The position numbers and the translations under genes were made by a program. Below are positions 10,635 through 20,324 of a stretch of 64,000 nt of DNA, one piece after another. The first letter of the stretch is position 1; each line of letters opens with the position of its first letter. The notes under the pieces were generated by a model that was not told the origin of the DNA, made no database searches, and saw only the letters and a program-made list of their open reading frames with translations. The stretch is from Escherichia phage Ecwhy_1, in sequence record MH791411.1; one strand, written 5' to 3'.

Positions 10635-11221
10635 AGTAGATCCTTATACATTGCATGTATTCTTACAATGTCTCTGTAATAACTCATATCTTCACGATTA
10701 TCATTAAAAACAGTAACACTGAATACAGCAGTACTAATTGAACTATCAACAATGTACTCTTTTAATTTATTATAAAGATATATGCACTTAGTAGATGTAT
10801 CATCCCACATAAGACTATTTTGAAAGATGTTTTCTTCTGTGTTAGGATATAAGTACTGCTCAATCTTGTACTCCAATGAACTATCACAGTTTTTATATAC
10901 AGAAATAGATGGGACATTCATATTGCACATAATACTAATAACATTATCATTGTATGTAGAAATTAAACTGGTACTGGATGCTACACTTTCATCATAATTC
11001 AGTACTGAAATTCTTGCATTATCTGTGCAGTACAGATGTTTCATTCCACCTCTCATAGCCATAGTAAGAAATTTATCAGTGAACCATATTCCTTTTGTTT
11101 TCAGTATAGTTTCATGCATAAGATAAGTTTCAATGAAGATTTTTACACGCTCAAATGCCAAGTCAAGTTCATTGTACATAACGGATATCCTTCTGTAAAG
11201 AATCAATATATTCTTTAACAA
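10625..11221 (-). CDS. Fam-A paralog
   Basis: core EENIFQNSLMW. Confidence 0.6.
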   Translation of the reverse strand: MLKNILILYRRISVMYNELDLAFERVKIFIETYLMHETILKTKGIWFTDKFLTMAMRGGMKHLYCTDNARISVLNYDESVASSTSLISTYNDNVISIMCNMNVPSISVYKNCDSSLEYKIEQYLYPNTEENIFQNSLMWDDTSTKCIYLYNKLKEYIVDSSISTAVFSVTVFNDNREDMSYYRDIVRIHAMYKDLLCY

Positions 11222-11360
11222 CTTGTTCCTGATACTGTGTGCCCAAATACATCAGTACTTTTAATTCTTTGAATTCAGTACTATATGAGTCAATTTGCAT
11301 CATTTTAGAAGAATATATATTGAATAGTTTAGCAATATCATCTTGGTCTATTATTTTCAT
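11169..11360 (-). CDS. Fam-B minigene (outlier copy)
   Basis: LGTQYQEQ core. Confidence 0.5.
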   Translation of the reverse strand: MKIIDQDDIAKLFNIYSSKMMQIDSYSTEFKELKVLMYLGTQYQEQVVKEYIDSLQKDIRYVQ

Positions 11361-11556
11361 ATATTCTCTTCTGGATTAGTTCCTGTAAGTGCTGAATATA
11401 ACCCTTCATTGCAACATCCTGTTTGTTAGAGCCAACGAAGAACAATAGCTTAAAGTCATGGTAATCCATTTTTGGTTTAGTAGTGAACCATATGTCCCAC
11501 ACTGCACTCACAGTTCTCATGTATTCAATTCGATTAAATGTTTTTGAATACTTCAT
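11338..11556 (-). CDS. Fam-B minigene (divergent outlier)
   Basis: VGSNKQDV core with conserved C-terminal helix pattern. Confidence 0.45.
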   Translation of the reverse strand: MKYSKTFNRIEYMRTVSAVWDIWFTTKPKMDYHDFKLLFFVGSNKQDVAMKGYIQHLQELIQKRIYENNRPR

Positions 11557-12070
11557 CGATGTTCATCGCCAATAAGTTAATATACAAATTACTGTTAAAT
11601 GCAATCTGCAATTCCATATAGAACTGAATGATAGCATAGTCAGGGTCAGTACACGATAGTTGAAAACACTGTTCGTCAAATGCATTGTAACTGTACTTAG
11701 GGATGTGAATTTCACGCTTCAAATCAGGTTGACCCCACTTCATCGCATACACACCAATGTTATTGTTCTTTTTCCTTTTCTTAAATGTTAATTGTTGAAT
11801 ATTTCCAGCGTTGTCTAGGAAAATAGTATTATTCGACACAGGTGCACCAATAGAAAACAATGATGTATCAATGACGTGTTTCTCACGTATCTCACACTTC
11901 TGGAATGCACCATTCCCTTGTAACAGTTTATGGAAATCGTACTTCTCATTAACAACAGTACTAGGATCAATTAATCCAGTACTGCATTTTTTCAGTACTG
12001 GTACGATAGTGCGAATCTTTTTTGATAAATCTTGTAATGCATCATAATCATTAATGTTAATTTTTCTCAA
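11534..12070 (-). CDS. Fam-A paralog
   Basis: core DEQCFQLSCT. Confidence 0.55.
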   Translation of the reverse strand: MRKININDYDALQDLSKKIRTIVPVLKKCSTGLIDPSTVVNEKYDFHKLLQGNGAFQKCEIREKHVIDTSLFSIGAPVSNNTIFLDNAGNIQQLTFKKRKKNNNIGVYAMKWGQPDLKREIHIPKYSYNAFDEQCFQLSCTDPDYAIIQFYMELQIAFNSNLYINLLAMNIDEVFKNI

Positions 12071-12513
12071 AAGGATGCCTCTTCTATAGTAACGAAATCA
12101 ACTAACCTATCAAGTTTTTCAGTGTCTAGATAAAATATATCCAGTACTGACTTCTGATATAGTACACTAAATGTACATAGATTGTCAAGTGTTCCTTCAT
12201 TATAAACAGTACTTCCCTGGAAGTACCCTTCTTCTGTACTCAGAGATAAAATATCAGAAATTTTAAAAGATTCTTCATTCTCATGACGCTCTATCGTAAC
12301 TTCATCATATTTTCTGTTCAATGAAATATAATCGTATGCTAATTCAATAGTACTACAGTTGTTGTTGCTAGTGTCAAATAAAGAATCAATTGTAATCTTC
12401 GTACCATTAGAAACTTCTCTGCGTTCATCATCTACGTATTCAGGATTTTCTTTGAAGAACTTAACAACTTTTAGAATATCATTTGCTTTCTTGATTGCAC
12501 TTTCATAACTCAT
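12067..12513 (-). CDS. Fam-A paralog (MSxxSA subfamily)
   Basis: core EEGYFQGSTVY. Confidence 0.65.
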   Translation of the reverse strand: MSYESAIKKANDILKVVKFFKENPEYVDDERREVSNGTKITIDSLFDTSNNNCSTIELAYDYISLNRKYDEVTIERHENEESFKISDILSLSTEEGYFQGSTVYNEGTLDNLCTFSVLYQKSVLDIFYLDTEKLDRLVDFVTIEEASF

Positions 12514-12952
12514 TTTTTCTGGACTCCATATATATCACCTGATTTAGTTCATATACATAATCTAAATCAATGAATATAGAATTATTAAAGTTCTCTTTCA
12601 GGAATGCATTAAAAACTACTAAAGCTCTTAACGCCCCATTTGGGTATATAGTACTGTACTGGAAGTAAGCATCTTCTGAATTTAAAAATAGTACTTCTTC
12701 TTCTGTGAATTCAAAATATTTGCCATCTTCCTCTATAGAATAGAAAGTTCCAGAATCCCATACGAAGTACTTGAATTCCAAATCATAATCATGGGACTCG
12801 TACTTATATTCATTACCTAATCCTAGTATATCTGTACCAACACTTATAGTACTAATATATGCCCCTTTATAGTCTAAGTACTTTACATTATTTTGAAAGA
12901 ACTTTACTATATTAACTAATTCTTCAGCGTGCTTAAGATCACTTTCGTACAT
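12503..12952 (-). CDS. Fam-A paralog
   Basis: core EDAYFQYSTIY. Confidence 0.65.
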   Translation of the reverse strand: MYESDLKHAEELVNIVKFFQNNVKYLDYKGAYISTISVGTDILGLGNEYKYESHDYDLEFKYFVWDSGTFYSIEEDGKYFEFTEEEVLFLNSEDAYFQYSTIYPNGALRALVVFNAFLKENFNNSIFIDLDYVYELNQVIYMESRKNEL

Positions 12953-13266
12953 TATATTTCAATCTCTATATATTTTTGGGTAATTAAGTAATCCCAGTAG
13001 TACTTCACTTGTTTTTGTATCTCAAGTAAAGCATAAAAATTAATTCTCTTATCCCATACAAGTGATTCCTGAAAAAGAAATGTTTCATGATCATCTCTGT
13101 AATCACATTCAAGGAAGTCAGGAATATAATCACAATCGTGAAGATATTCAATCATTAAAGATTCATTACATCTTCTAACGGCAAGGTGCTGGAAATTATC
13201 ATGATCGAAGAAATACATTAAACTAATTGTACCTGGAATGTACTGAATACTGTATAATAATTTCAT
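12952..13266 (-). CDS. Fam-A paralog
   Basis: core ETFLFQESLVW. Confidence 0.6.
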   Translation of the reverse strand: MKLLYSIQYIPGTISLMYFFDHDNFQHLAVRRCNESLMIEYLHDCDYIPDFLECDYRDDHETFLFQESLVWDKRINFYALLEIQKQVKYYWDYLITQKYIEIEI

Positions 13267-13706
13267 CGTTTACCCTTATGTGCTGCACGTACATATTCAT
13301 AATCCAAATAAAATCTTGTGCTATCAATACTTTTAAAGTACCACATAATAACTAAAGTATCTAGTACTTCATCATCATACAAAGTACTATTCTGAAAGTA
13401 ATACTCTTCACTATCCCACGGACCTTTCAGTACTTCAAAGTTCAATTTTAAAGGTCTGCTGCGATTATAAAAACGGATTTCACCACCATAAGCATAACTG
13501 ATAAATTCTGCATCTGGATTGTATTGTGAAAAATCTGCGGGACTTTTGGAATTCAGCCCAAGAATAACTGTAGTTGTGGTAAAATCACTATCCTTGTAGT
13601 AGTTACCATTCTCGGCTTTGTATACTTCTTCGAACTTCCCAGCCTTGATATCTTCAATATATACCTGTAGTTCTTTTGCTTTATCCAGAGCACTTTGTAA
13701 TGACAT
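13263..13706 (-). CDS. Fam-A paralog (MSLxSAL subfamily)
   Basis: GPWDSEEYYFQNSTLY ... WYFK; near-identical module in next four genes. Confidence 0.7.
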   Translation of the reverse strand: MSLQSALDKAKELQVYIEDIKAGKFEEVYKAENGNYYKDSDFTTTTVILGLNSKSPADFSQYNPDAEFISYAYGGEIRFYNRSRPLKLNFEVLKGPWDSEEYYFQNSTLYDDEVLDTLVIMWYFKSIDSTRFYLDYEYVRAAHKGKR

Positions 13707-14172
13707 TATCTTCCCCTACAGTATTCTCTACGTATTCATAATCGAAATAGAAACTATCAGAACCAATACTTTTAAAGTACCACATAATTACAATAACATC
13801 TAATTCTTCTTCATTGTACACAGTACTGTTCTGGAAGTAATATTCTTCACTATCCCACGGACCTTCCAGTACTGAATACGGAATGATTGTGTCATAATCA
13901 TCGTAATCAGGACTGTAAATTATAATATCTTCATCTCTACAATAACTAATGTACTGATTGTACATATGATATTCACAGTCATCAGTATCACCCGTATCAG
14001 TGTGTAGTACTAACGTTTCTGCACATATCTCTGACTCATCATAATCGTCGCGGTCTTTTACAAAAAATTCAGTATCAGATGTTTTATACACACCAGGCAC
14101 TGAACCTTCTTGTACCATAATCATGTACTCATGAATCTTCTTTGCTTCTTTCAATGCACTTTCTAATGACAT
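13681..14172 (-). CDS. Fam-A paralog (MSLxSAL subfamily)
   Basis: GPWDSEEYYFQNSTVY ... WYFK. Confidence 0.7.
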   Translation of the reverse strand: MSLESALKEAKKIHEYMIMVQEGSVPGVYKTSDTEFFVKDRDDYDESEICAETLVLHTDTGDTDDCEYHMYNQYISYCRDEDIIIYSPDYDDYDTIIPYSVLEGPWDSEEYYFQNSTVYNEEELDVIVIMWYFKSIGSDSFYFDYEYVENTVGEDNVITKCSG

Positions 14173-14174
14173 TA

Positions 14175-14615
14175 CTAATCCCCTGTACTTAAATATTCAC
14201 ATGCTCCCCAGTCAAGGAAGAAGGGTTCAAAATTCAATTCCTTAAAGTACCACAAAACAACCAAGGAATCAAGCATTTCTTGGTTAAAAATAAGACTCTG
14301 TTGGAAGTAATACTCTTCAGTACCCCACGGCCCATCAAGTACCCCGAAGTCAACAGGTGTATTTGATGTGTCAAAAGTAATCTTAGTACCTGGAATATAT
14401 ACAAAAAAACTAGTATATTGACTACATGAAGAGTACTGTATAGTATTGTCTTTATCATGGCCCATAAGTAAAATATCATCAGAGTATGTCTTTATACCTG
14501 ATAGATAATACTCATTACCAAATGCACTTACTTTATCACCATAGAAACCACTTTTTATGTTATCGTGGAAGTGATGTATTTTGTGTGCCAGTTTAAGTGC
14601 ACTTGCTAAACTCAT
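14175..14615 (-). CDS. Fam-A paralog (MSLxSAL subfamily)
   Basis: GPWGTEEYYFQQSLIF ... WYFK. Confidence 0.7.
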   Translation of the reverse strand: MSLASALKLAHKIHHFHDNIKSGFYGDKVSAFGNEYYLSGIKTYSDDILLMGHDKDNTIQYSSCSQYTSFFVYIPGTKITFDTSNTPVDFGVLDGPWGTEEYYFQQSLIFNQEMLDSLVVLWYFKELNFEPFFLDWGACEYLSTGD

Positions 14616-15082
14616 ATATCCTCTTTAATAACTCGTAGTAGATCCAAGTCCAAATAGAAGCTAGGACAATCTGTATTATTAAAGTACCACAGAATGACAA
14701 GCTTGTCAAGCACATATTCCTCGTAGATAGTATTCTGCTGGAAGTAGAACTCTTCACTTCCCCAGTCATTATCCAGTACTGAATACGGAAGATGTTTCTC
14801 TGCTGCACCAGTTATAATGTCAGTATATTGTATTAAAATATCAGCATCACGACAGAAGTACATGTAATTATCTTCCAGATTAACATCACACCCAGTGAGT
14901 GTTGTTTCAGAAGAATCTAAGTTTTCTTCGTACATGTGAATGTACTCACTACTGTCATCGTATATCATTCGACAATAAGCTTTACCTTCCTTGAATAGAT
15001 ACCCATTGAGTTGATTGAGTACTATTTCCTTTTTACATAAATCAATTAACTTAGCAATTTCTAATGCTCTTTCTAAACTCAT
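14612..15082 (-). CDS. Fam-A paralog (MSLxSAL subfamily)
   Basis: DWGSEEFYFQQNTIY ... WYF. Confidence 0.7.
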   Translation of the reverse strand: MSLERALEIAKLIDLCKKEIVLNQLNGYLFKEGKAYCRMIYDDSSEYIHMYEENLDSSETTLTGCDVNLEDNYMYFCRDADILIQYTDIITGAAEKHLPYSVLDNDWGSEEFYFQQNTIYEEYVLDKLVILWYFNNTDCPSFYLDLDLLRVIKEDI

Positions 15083-15083
15083 T

Positions 15084-15575
15084 TTAACCCCTGTTAATAC
15101 CGTTATCTACAGTTTTCTTTACGTATTTGTAATCGAAATAGAAGTTCCCAGAACCAATACTTTTAAAGTACCACATAATTATAATAACATCAAGTACTTC
15201 ATCATCGTAAACAGTACTTTGTTGGAAGTAATACTCTTCACTATCCCACGGACCTTCCAGTACTTCACTCGGAATTATAATGTCATCGGAATCGCTATCA
15301 GTACTGTAGATGGTATCTGTATCATTAATATAGACCATGTACTCATTATGCATATTAATGAAGCATTCATAATCATTAGGGTCGGTATCCAGTACACACG
15401 TTTCTGTATCCAGTACGCACGTTTCTGTATCTGAGTCGTCATTATTAAGGAGGTTATCCGGTACATAATATTGAGTACTTGTGTCTTTGAAAACACCGTA
15501 AACTGAACCTTCTTTTGCCATATTCATGTACTCATGAATCTTCTTTGCTTTTTCCAATGAACTCTGTAATGTCAT
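15084..15575 (-). CDS. Fam-A paralog (MSLxSAL subfamily)
   Basis: GPWDSEEYYFQQSTVY ... WYFK. Confidence 0.7.
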   Translation of the reverse strand: MTLQSSLEKAKKIHEYMNMAKEGSVYGVFKDTSTQYYVPDNLLNNDDSDTETCVLDTETCVLDTDPNDYECFINMHNEYMVYINDTDTIYSTDSDSDDIIIPSEVLEGPWDSEEYYFQQSTVYDDEVLDVIIIMWYFKSIGSGNFYFDYKYVKKTVDNGINRG

Positions 15576-15584
15576 TTTATAATC

Positions 15585-15944
15585 TCATATATTGAAATAA
15601 TAATTACTTGTTGTTGGTGTAGATGTATCAAAGGTGTTTTCTTTAACATATCTCTTCATTTCATTTTGTATAAAAATCATATCTTCTATTGTACATGAGT
15701 ACTTATTCTTGTCAAACACCAAAGAAGCTTGAAATAGTTCAACATCATCCAGTACTGTATAATCTGTAATACTTTCAGAGTTATAGTCGAAGTCATCATG
15801 CAATACATCAATGAAATTAAAACACAAATCCGAGTACTGAATATATAAACTCAACTCATGTTCCGAGTCACCCTTGACAAGATTACAGCACAAATCCCAC
15901 CCCGTTCTGGACTTGCAAACGTACATCGAATAATCAAATGTCAT
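15585..15944 (-). CDS. Fam-A paralog (DYTVLD-ELFQ subfamily)
   Basis: DYTVLDDVELFQASLVFDK. Confidence 0.65.
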   Translation of the reverse strand: MTFDYSMYVCKSRTGWDLCCNLVKGDSEHELSLYIQYSDLCFNFIDVLHDDFDYNSESITDYTVLDDVELFQASLVFDKNKYSCTIEDMIFIQNEMKRYVKENTFDTSTPTTSNYYFNI

Positions 15945-16300
15945 TCTGGAATTCCTATATTGAATTTGTATTCTTGATTAATACTGACATTGCCTTTATT
16001 CAAAGCAGCATACTCTTTCATTTCATTTTGTATTGCAATAACTTCTTCAAATGTACACAAGTACTTCTTATCAAATACTAATGACTCCTGAAATAGTTCA
16101 GCCTCATCAAGTACTGTATAATCCGGCATATCCTGATGCGGATACTGTAATGAATTGTAATCAATGAATGTAAATTTACCCTGAGTGAAATGAATATACT
16201 CATTTGCACTGTGCATTAAATCACCTTTGTTTAAATTACAAAAGTACTGAAAACTGTTCTTAAAAGAATGTACTGATATTACAAAATCAAATTCCATCAC
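15941..16300 (-). CDS. Fam-A paralog (DYTVLD-ELFQ subfamily)
   Basis: DYTVLDEAELFQESLVFDKKY. Confidence 0.65.
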   Translation of the reverse strand: MMEFDFVISVHSFKNSFQYFCNLNKGDLMHSANEYIHFTQGKFTFIDYNSLQYPHQDMPDYTVLDEAELFQESLVFDKKYLCTFEEVIAIQNEMKEYAALNKGNVSINQEYKFNIGIPE

Positions 16301-16710
16301 TCTTCCCCTAGATTGAAATGATTACAAAAATCAACTTCACCAGTACTGCACCAGATATCTATACATTCCCTGTGAATACATTTAATTCTACGCTGTAATT
16401 CAATCATCTCTTCTAATGTACAGATGTACTTCTTATCAAATACTAATGCCTCCTGAAACAGTGCAGCATCATCAAGTACTGTATAGTCCAACATCTCGGT
16501 TGCTTTACCCCTAAACCCAGTATTAAAATCCATCAAATAAAAGTCAGCATTTTCGTATTTTATAAGCTTGTCCCTTGTGTAGTTTAAATCACCCTTGTAT
16601 AAGTTAGAGTGCGTAACTAACTCACCAGTGTACATCCATGTCCTTGCACAAAATTCATTATATTTTATTTCCATCTTAATCTCTACTATAATTAATAAGG
16701 TAAACTCCAA
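16297..16710 (-). CDS. Fam-A paralog (DYTVLD-ELFQ subfamily)
   Basis: DYTVLDDAALFQEALVFDKKY. Confidence 0.65.
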   Translation of the reverse strand: MEFTLLIIVEIKMEIKYNEFCARTWMYTGELVTHSNLYKGDLNYTRDKLIKYENADFYLMDFNTGFRGKATEMLDYTVLDDAALFQEALVFDKKYICTLEEMIELQRRIKCIHRECIDIWCSTGEVDFCNHFNLGEE

Positions 16711-16868
16711 TATAAGGAGAACGTTCGCGGCGGGGTATTTTTTGTTTCAGGAAACATGAACTGTACTCTGAAAACACATTTTAAAACTTTATATTAAACA
16801 TATACCTTAACATGTTTTTCAGCGAAAATTTTTTTGACCCCCCAGCGGCCTGTGAAAATGAAACGTCT

Positions 16869-17084
16869 CTATTTATTCAGCCTAGAAAGCTTGATTTCTT
16901 CAATCCTTTTCATCGCACAAAGCCTTCGACTCGTCTTCTCGTATATATTCAATACTCGTTGTACTGCATCATCTGCAACTGCAATCTGAACCAAATATGT
17001 ATCCTTCAAAATCGAATCCATCATGTATTCAAAACCTTTCACACTATAACAATATACCACTTCCGGCTCTTCAAACGTAATCAT
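16869..17084 (-). CDS. hypothetical protein
   Basis: co-oriented ORF overlapping next gene start; preferred over plus-strand ORF 16812..17117. Confidence 0.4.
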   Translation of the reverse strand: MITFEEPEVVYCYSVKGFEYMMDSILKDTYLVQIAVADDAVQRVLNIYEKTSRRLCAMKRIEEIKLSRLNK

Positions 17085-17274
17085 AACTCCAATCCCCTAT
17101 TCCATCTAACCTTCTAAGATATCTTGCGTAAATTATTTCGAAATATCTGTGCAACGAAATTACGGATTGCTCATAATCATCATTCCTGTACATTGTGCAT
17201 GTAAGAAAATCATTTAAACCGTAATCTAAACTGCACTTGAACTTCTCCTTTGCAACATCTCTAAAATTATCCAT
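17071..17274 (-). CDS. hypothetical protein
   Basis: co-oriented ORF, ATG start. Confidence 0.4.
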   Translation of the reverse strand: MDNFRDVAKEKFKCSLDYGLNDFLTCTMYRNDDYEQSVISLHRYFEIIYARYLRRLDGIGDWSYDYV

Positions 17275-17428
17275 AATATGTCCTCTGCACAGCGTAGGTG
17301 TACTGTGAACTCAGCACCGTTAATAGGTAATCTATGTTGTAAGCACGATTTCCTCGTTGACTAGCACGACTAGAATAAAGAATATTATCCACATATGTAT
17401 CGAACTGTTCTTCAAATAACTCTTTCAT
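17267..17428 (-). CDS. hypothetical small protein (53 aa)
   Basis: hand-translated ATG..TAA ORF not in track (<60 aa); overlaps downstream start by 8 nt. Confidence 0.3.
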   Translation of the reverse strand: MKELFEEQFDTYVDNILYSSRASQRGNRAYNIDYLLTVLSSQYTYAVQRTYYG

Positions 17429-17437
17429 CAGCACCCT

Positions 17438-18064
17438 TTAGCACCCTTTAACAACTTTTGAAATGTAATCTTCTAATGCACCAATGTTCTTTGTATTCGT
17501 TCGAACTAAAAGATAACTTAAATTCTCGAACTCCTGAACATAATGCTTAACAGCGTACATGCATCGTAATTCAAAATCTGTATGAACCGTTTTGTACTGA
17601 AATAACATCTCTTCTGAAGCCTCTAAAAGCTCTGTAGCTTGTTCTGTACTGAACTTAAAGGGATTCTGTACTCCTGAACTAAAACACTTTTGTTCGTTCG
17701 TCTGGACACCCTGTGATAGATATAATCCTGTACTACCATCTTGTGTTGATATCGAATTGAAACCATTACTTGCAACCATTAAATCTGAACTCAATACAAA
17801 TAATAATTTATCTTCCTTATGAATTAATAAATCTGACTTCAGGGATTTTATTCCTGTACTGGTTATATCACCTATACTAAGATTGTCACTGAACTTCTCA
17901 GCGTTGTTCGCAATGCTCTGGACAAGATTTTTTAATCTCTTAATGGCACTTCTGTCTTTTTCTAATGTATCTAATAAACTCATTGAACTCATTGTACTTT
18001 CCTTACATATTTGTACCGAACAAAACGGAACTTTGAATGCCATTAATCGACACTTCATGTACAT
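17438..18064 (-). CDS. Fam-A paralog
   Basis: core EEMLFQYKTV; start uncertain. Confidence 0.55.
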   Translation of the reverse strand: MYMKCRLMAFKVPFCSVQICKESTMSSMSLLDTLEKDRSAIKRLKNLVQSIANNAEKFSDNLSIGDITSTGIKSLKSDLLIHKEDKLLFVLSSDLMVASNGFNSISTQDGSTGLYLSQGVQTNEQKCFSSGVQNPFKFSTEQATELLEASEEMLFQYKTVHTDFELRCMYAVKHYVQEFENLSYLLVRTNTKNIGALEDYISKVVKGC

Positions 18065-18347
18065 ATATATTTTGTCTGAATACCTGAAGCAATTGAACTA
18101 AACTCTGTTGCATAATAATATGCATCGCTAAATTATCAAAGGCCGTTTCGTGTTGGAATCGTGCAGCTTCATCTTCTATGAAATTCGGAACTTGGACTGG
18201 ATTCTCAAAATTTGTCCTTGTACTGAACTGTACATCATTGTCCTGTACCTTAATACCATATGAATTATCATTGTTATCAACTACATCAAATTCAATTAAA
18301 CTACCATCTTTACTGACGTTTACTATATAAACTGAAAATCTACTCAT
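18003..18347 (-). CDS. hypothetical protein, divergent Fam-A
   Basis: DEAARFQHE motif. Confidence 0.5.
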   Translation of the reverse strand: MSRFSVYIVNVSKDGSLIEFDVVDNNDNSYGIKVQDNDVQFSTRTNFENPVQVPNFIEDEAARFQHETAFDNLAMHIIMQQSLVQLLQVFRQNIYVHEVSINGIQSSVLFGTNM

Positions 18348-18982
18348 AATCCTATTTCCTTTAAATCTTCCAAAAATGTTTCATAATCACTTAAGGAAAA
18401 AAAGATATCCGTATCGATGTTCGCATCTAATACATTATACAAATTCTGCATCTGTAACACATCAGGAGCATCAATCAATGATTGCTGGAAATATGCAGCT
18501 TCATCTTCTAAAATATCCCTGAATGTTCTCTCTCGTACTCTGTGGTGTACTGAATTGAATATTGATTTCTCATCCTTAAGCATTGGTAGGTATCGAATGT
18601 ACATGTGTTCTCTTAGCTCAGGACTGATGGAACCCCTGAACTGTAACACGTATTCGAAGCACATAGCAACATCCTGAAGGTAATTGGCACTGTAATTATT
18701 GCTGTAAACAATCTTATGACTTCTGAACTCATCATCATTTCTGAACCAATTGTCACCTACTTTGGTGTACTTATGACTAAGCAATCCACCCTCTAACGCT
18801 TTGATGATCTTCAAAATGTTGTGTGCAAATGCATATGATGTATTGTACTTGGCCTGATACATGTGTGCCTCAACCTTATCTTGTGTTAAAATATTCACTG
18901 AAATGATTATAACACAAAAGCACCACGATGTTAAGCACTCTGTTGTCAAAATCATCTTGTGATGTAGGATGCAATGACGCAT
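18344..18982 (-). CDS. Fam-A paralog
   Basis: core DEAAYFQQSLI; true start may be internal (about 18862). Confidence 0.55.
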   Translation of the reverse strand: MRHCILHHKMILTTECLTSWCFCVIIISVNILTQDKVEAHMYQAKYNTSYAFAHNILKIIKALEGGLLSHKYTKVGDNWFRNDDEFRSHKIVYSNNYSANYLQDVAMCFEYVLQFRGSISPELREHMYIRYLPMLKDEKSIFNSVHHRVRERTFRDILEDEAAYFQQSLIDAPDVLQMQNLYNVLDANIDTDIFFSLSDYETFLEDLKEIGL

Positions 18983-19070
18983 TGATGTTAAAATTCACTA
19001 TATCATTGTGGAATTGGTATGTGAACAAATCAAACTTCGTATGCCTTTGTTTGATATCATAGGCGGTCAT
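18876..19070 (-). CDS. hypothetical small protein
   Basis: 64-aa ORF between two Fam-A genes; real only if 18344..18982 starts at internal Met. Confidence 0.3.
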   Translation of the reverse strand: MTAYDIKQRHTKFDLFTYQFHNDIVNFNINASLHPTSQDDFDNRVLNIVVLLCYNHFSEYFNTR

Positions 19071-19071
19071 A

Positions 19072-19680
19072 TTATATATTCAACCCTTTAACAATGGAAA
19101 TAAATTCTTTGTAAACATTTTCAGGTAAAGCTCTACTACCATAAAGAACACTAAATTCAGGTAACATATCCGAAATCTCTTTCGCTAAATTTATTTCATC
19201 CCTGAACATTTGCACAGGCATGATATCCTGTACCAATGATAACTGAAAGAAAAATGATTCAATATCTTCATGCACCTCTGAATTTAAATAAATCTCTTCT
19301 GGAAACTGGGCTGTACTGTAATAATAAAATACGTCAATTCTTTTTTCATTATTTTGTACAAGAGGTAAATTTCTTTCGTCTCTCTTATTAATATTTGTTT
19401 TCCATGACTCAATGTTATTCGGAACCCAAAACTCATAAGGTGTCTTCTCTCCTGAAATATTATCCAGCTTCAATCCATAATATTCACTTTCGCCGTACTT
19501 TTGCTTCAAAACAATACCTGTACTACTAATGTTTACAATGTACGTATCAACAATCCCTTCTGTGGTAAAAGGAATATTTAACTCTGAACCTTCAGGGTAC
19601 TTAGCATTGAATGCATCTAATGCTTTACTTAGCACTGGAATTGCACTTGCACTGTACTTCATTAATTGGTCTATGTTCAT
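19072..19680 (-). CDS. Fam-A paralog
   Basis: core ESFFFQLSLV. Confidence 0.55.
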   Translation of the reverse strand: MNIDQLMKYSASAIPVLSKALDAFNAKYPEGSELNIPFTTEGIVDTYIVNISSTGIVLKQKYGESEYYGLKLDNISGEKTPYEFWVPNNIESWKTNINKRDERNLPLVQNNEKRIDVFYYYSTAQFPEEIYLNSEVHEDIESFFFQLSLVQDIMPVQMFRDEINLAKEISDMLPEFSVLYGSRALPENVYKEFISIVKGLNI

Positions 19681-20321
19681 TTTAATTCCCCTGTAATCAC
19701 TGCATTTACTGCACTTGATGCAAATAAACTGATATTTGAACGATACATATCGTACACTGTACTTTCTTTCTTGTGCACAATGAAATCATAAAGATCAACA
19801 AATGCAGGAATAATAATCTTGAATGATTTATTTGGGTACGTCCCAAAATCAACTGTACTCAATTTTGCAACGAGCATAACAACAAAGATTTCTTCTGGAC
19901 TATACACTGTACTGTACTGAAAATAATCCTCTGCACTCATGGCACTCATTGCATTTATATCTTGTGTTTGTAATGTAATATTAAGACAATCAAAAATATA
20001 ATAAAACTCTGATTTGTTTTGTATTTTGTATTTGTCAATTGGGGTATCTCTCATGAACCATAAACGATCTTGTCCATAAAAAGGAATGATTGAATTTGGG
20101 GAAGCCAGAAATACTTCTTCTCTATCAATATCCTTTAACTCAATTTGCATACCGGATGAATTGGCAATAATTAATTCATTAAAAATATAATGAACCTTGT
20201 GTACAATCTCTTGTACTGAATTGAAATCATCTGGTATTTTAAAATTTTCCATAGGTATCTCCTTAAAATGATTACACATTGTACCATGCATTTGTACTCG
20301 TGTCAAACAAAAAAAGCCCAT
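19677..20321 (-). CDS. Fam-A paralog
   Basis: core AEDYFQYSTVY. Confidence 0.6.
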   Translation of the reverse strand: MGFFCLTRVQMHGTMCNHFKEIPMENFKIPDDFNSVQEIVHKVHYIFNELIIANSSGMQIELKDIDREEVFLASPNSIIPFYGQDRLWFMRDTPIDKYKIQNKSEFYYIFDCLNITLQTQDINAMSAMSAEDYFQYSTVYSPEEIFVVMLVAKLSTVDFGTYPNKSFKIIIPAFVDLYDFIVHKKESTVYDMYRSNISLFASSAVNAVITGELK

Positions 20322-20324
20322 ATC

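Noticed and set aside
15015-15434. Plus-strand ORFs embedded in the minus-strand gene train (e.g. 4257..4532, 6952..7143, 15015..15434, 16812..17117, 24725..24931, 40041..40451, 46448..46735, 55595..55982)
   Set aside because: They overlap family-supported minus-strand genes, lack an SD or promoter context, and break the one-strand gene train; treated as shadow ORFs.
15700-15740. Apparent plus-strand promoters (CAGTACTG-TATAAT) inside genes 15585..16710
   Set aside because: The sequence is the reverse complement of the codons for the conserved DYTVLD motif in these three paralogs, so the match is most likely a by-product of coding sequence.
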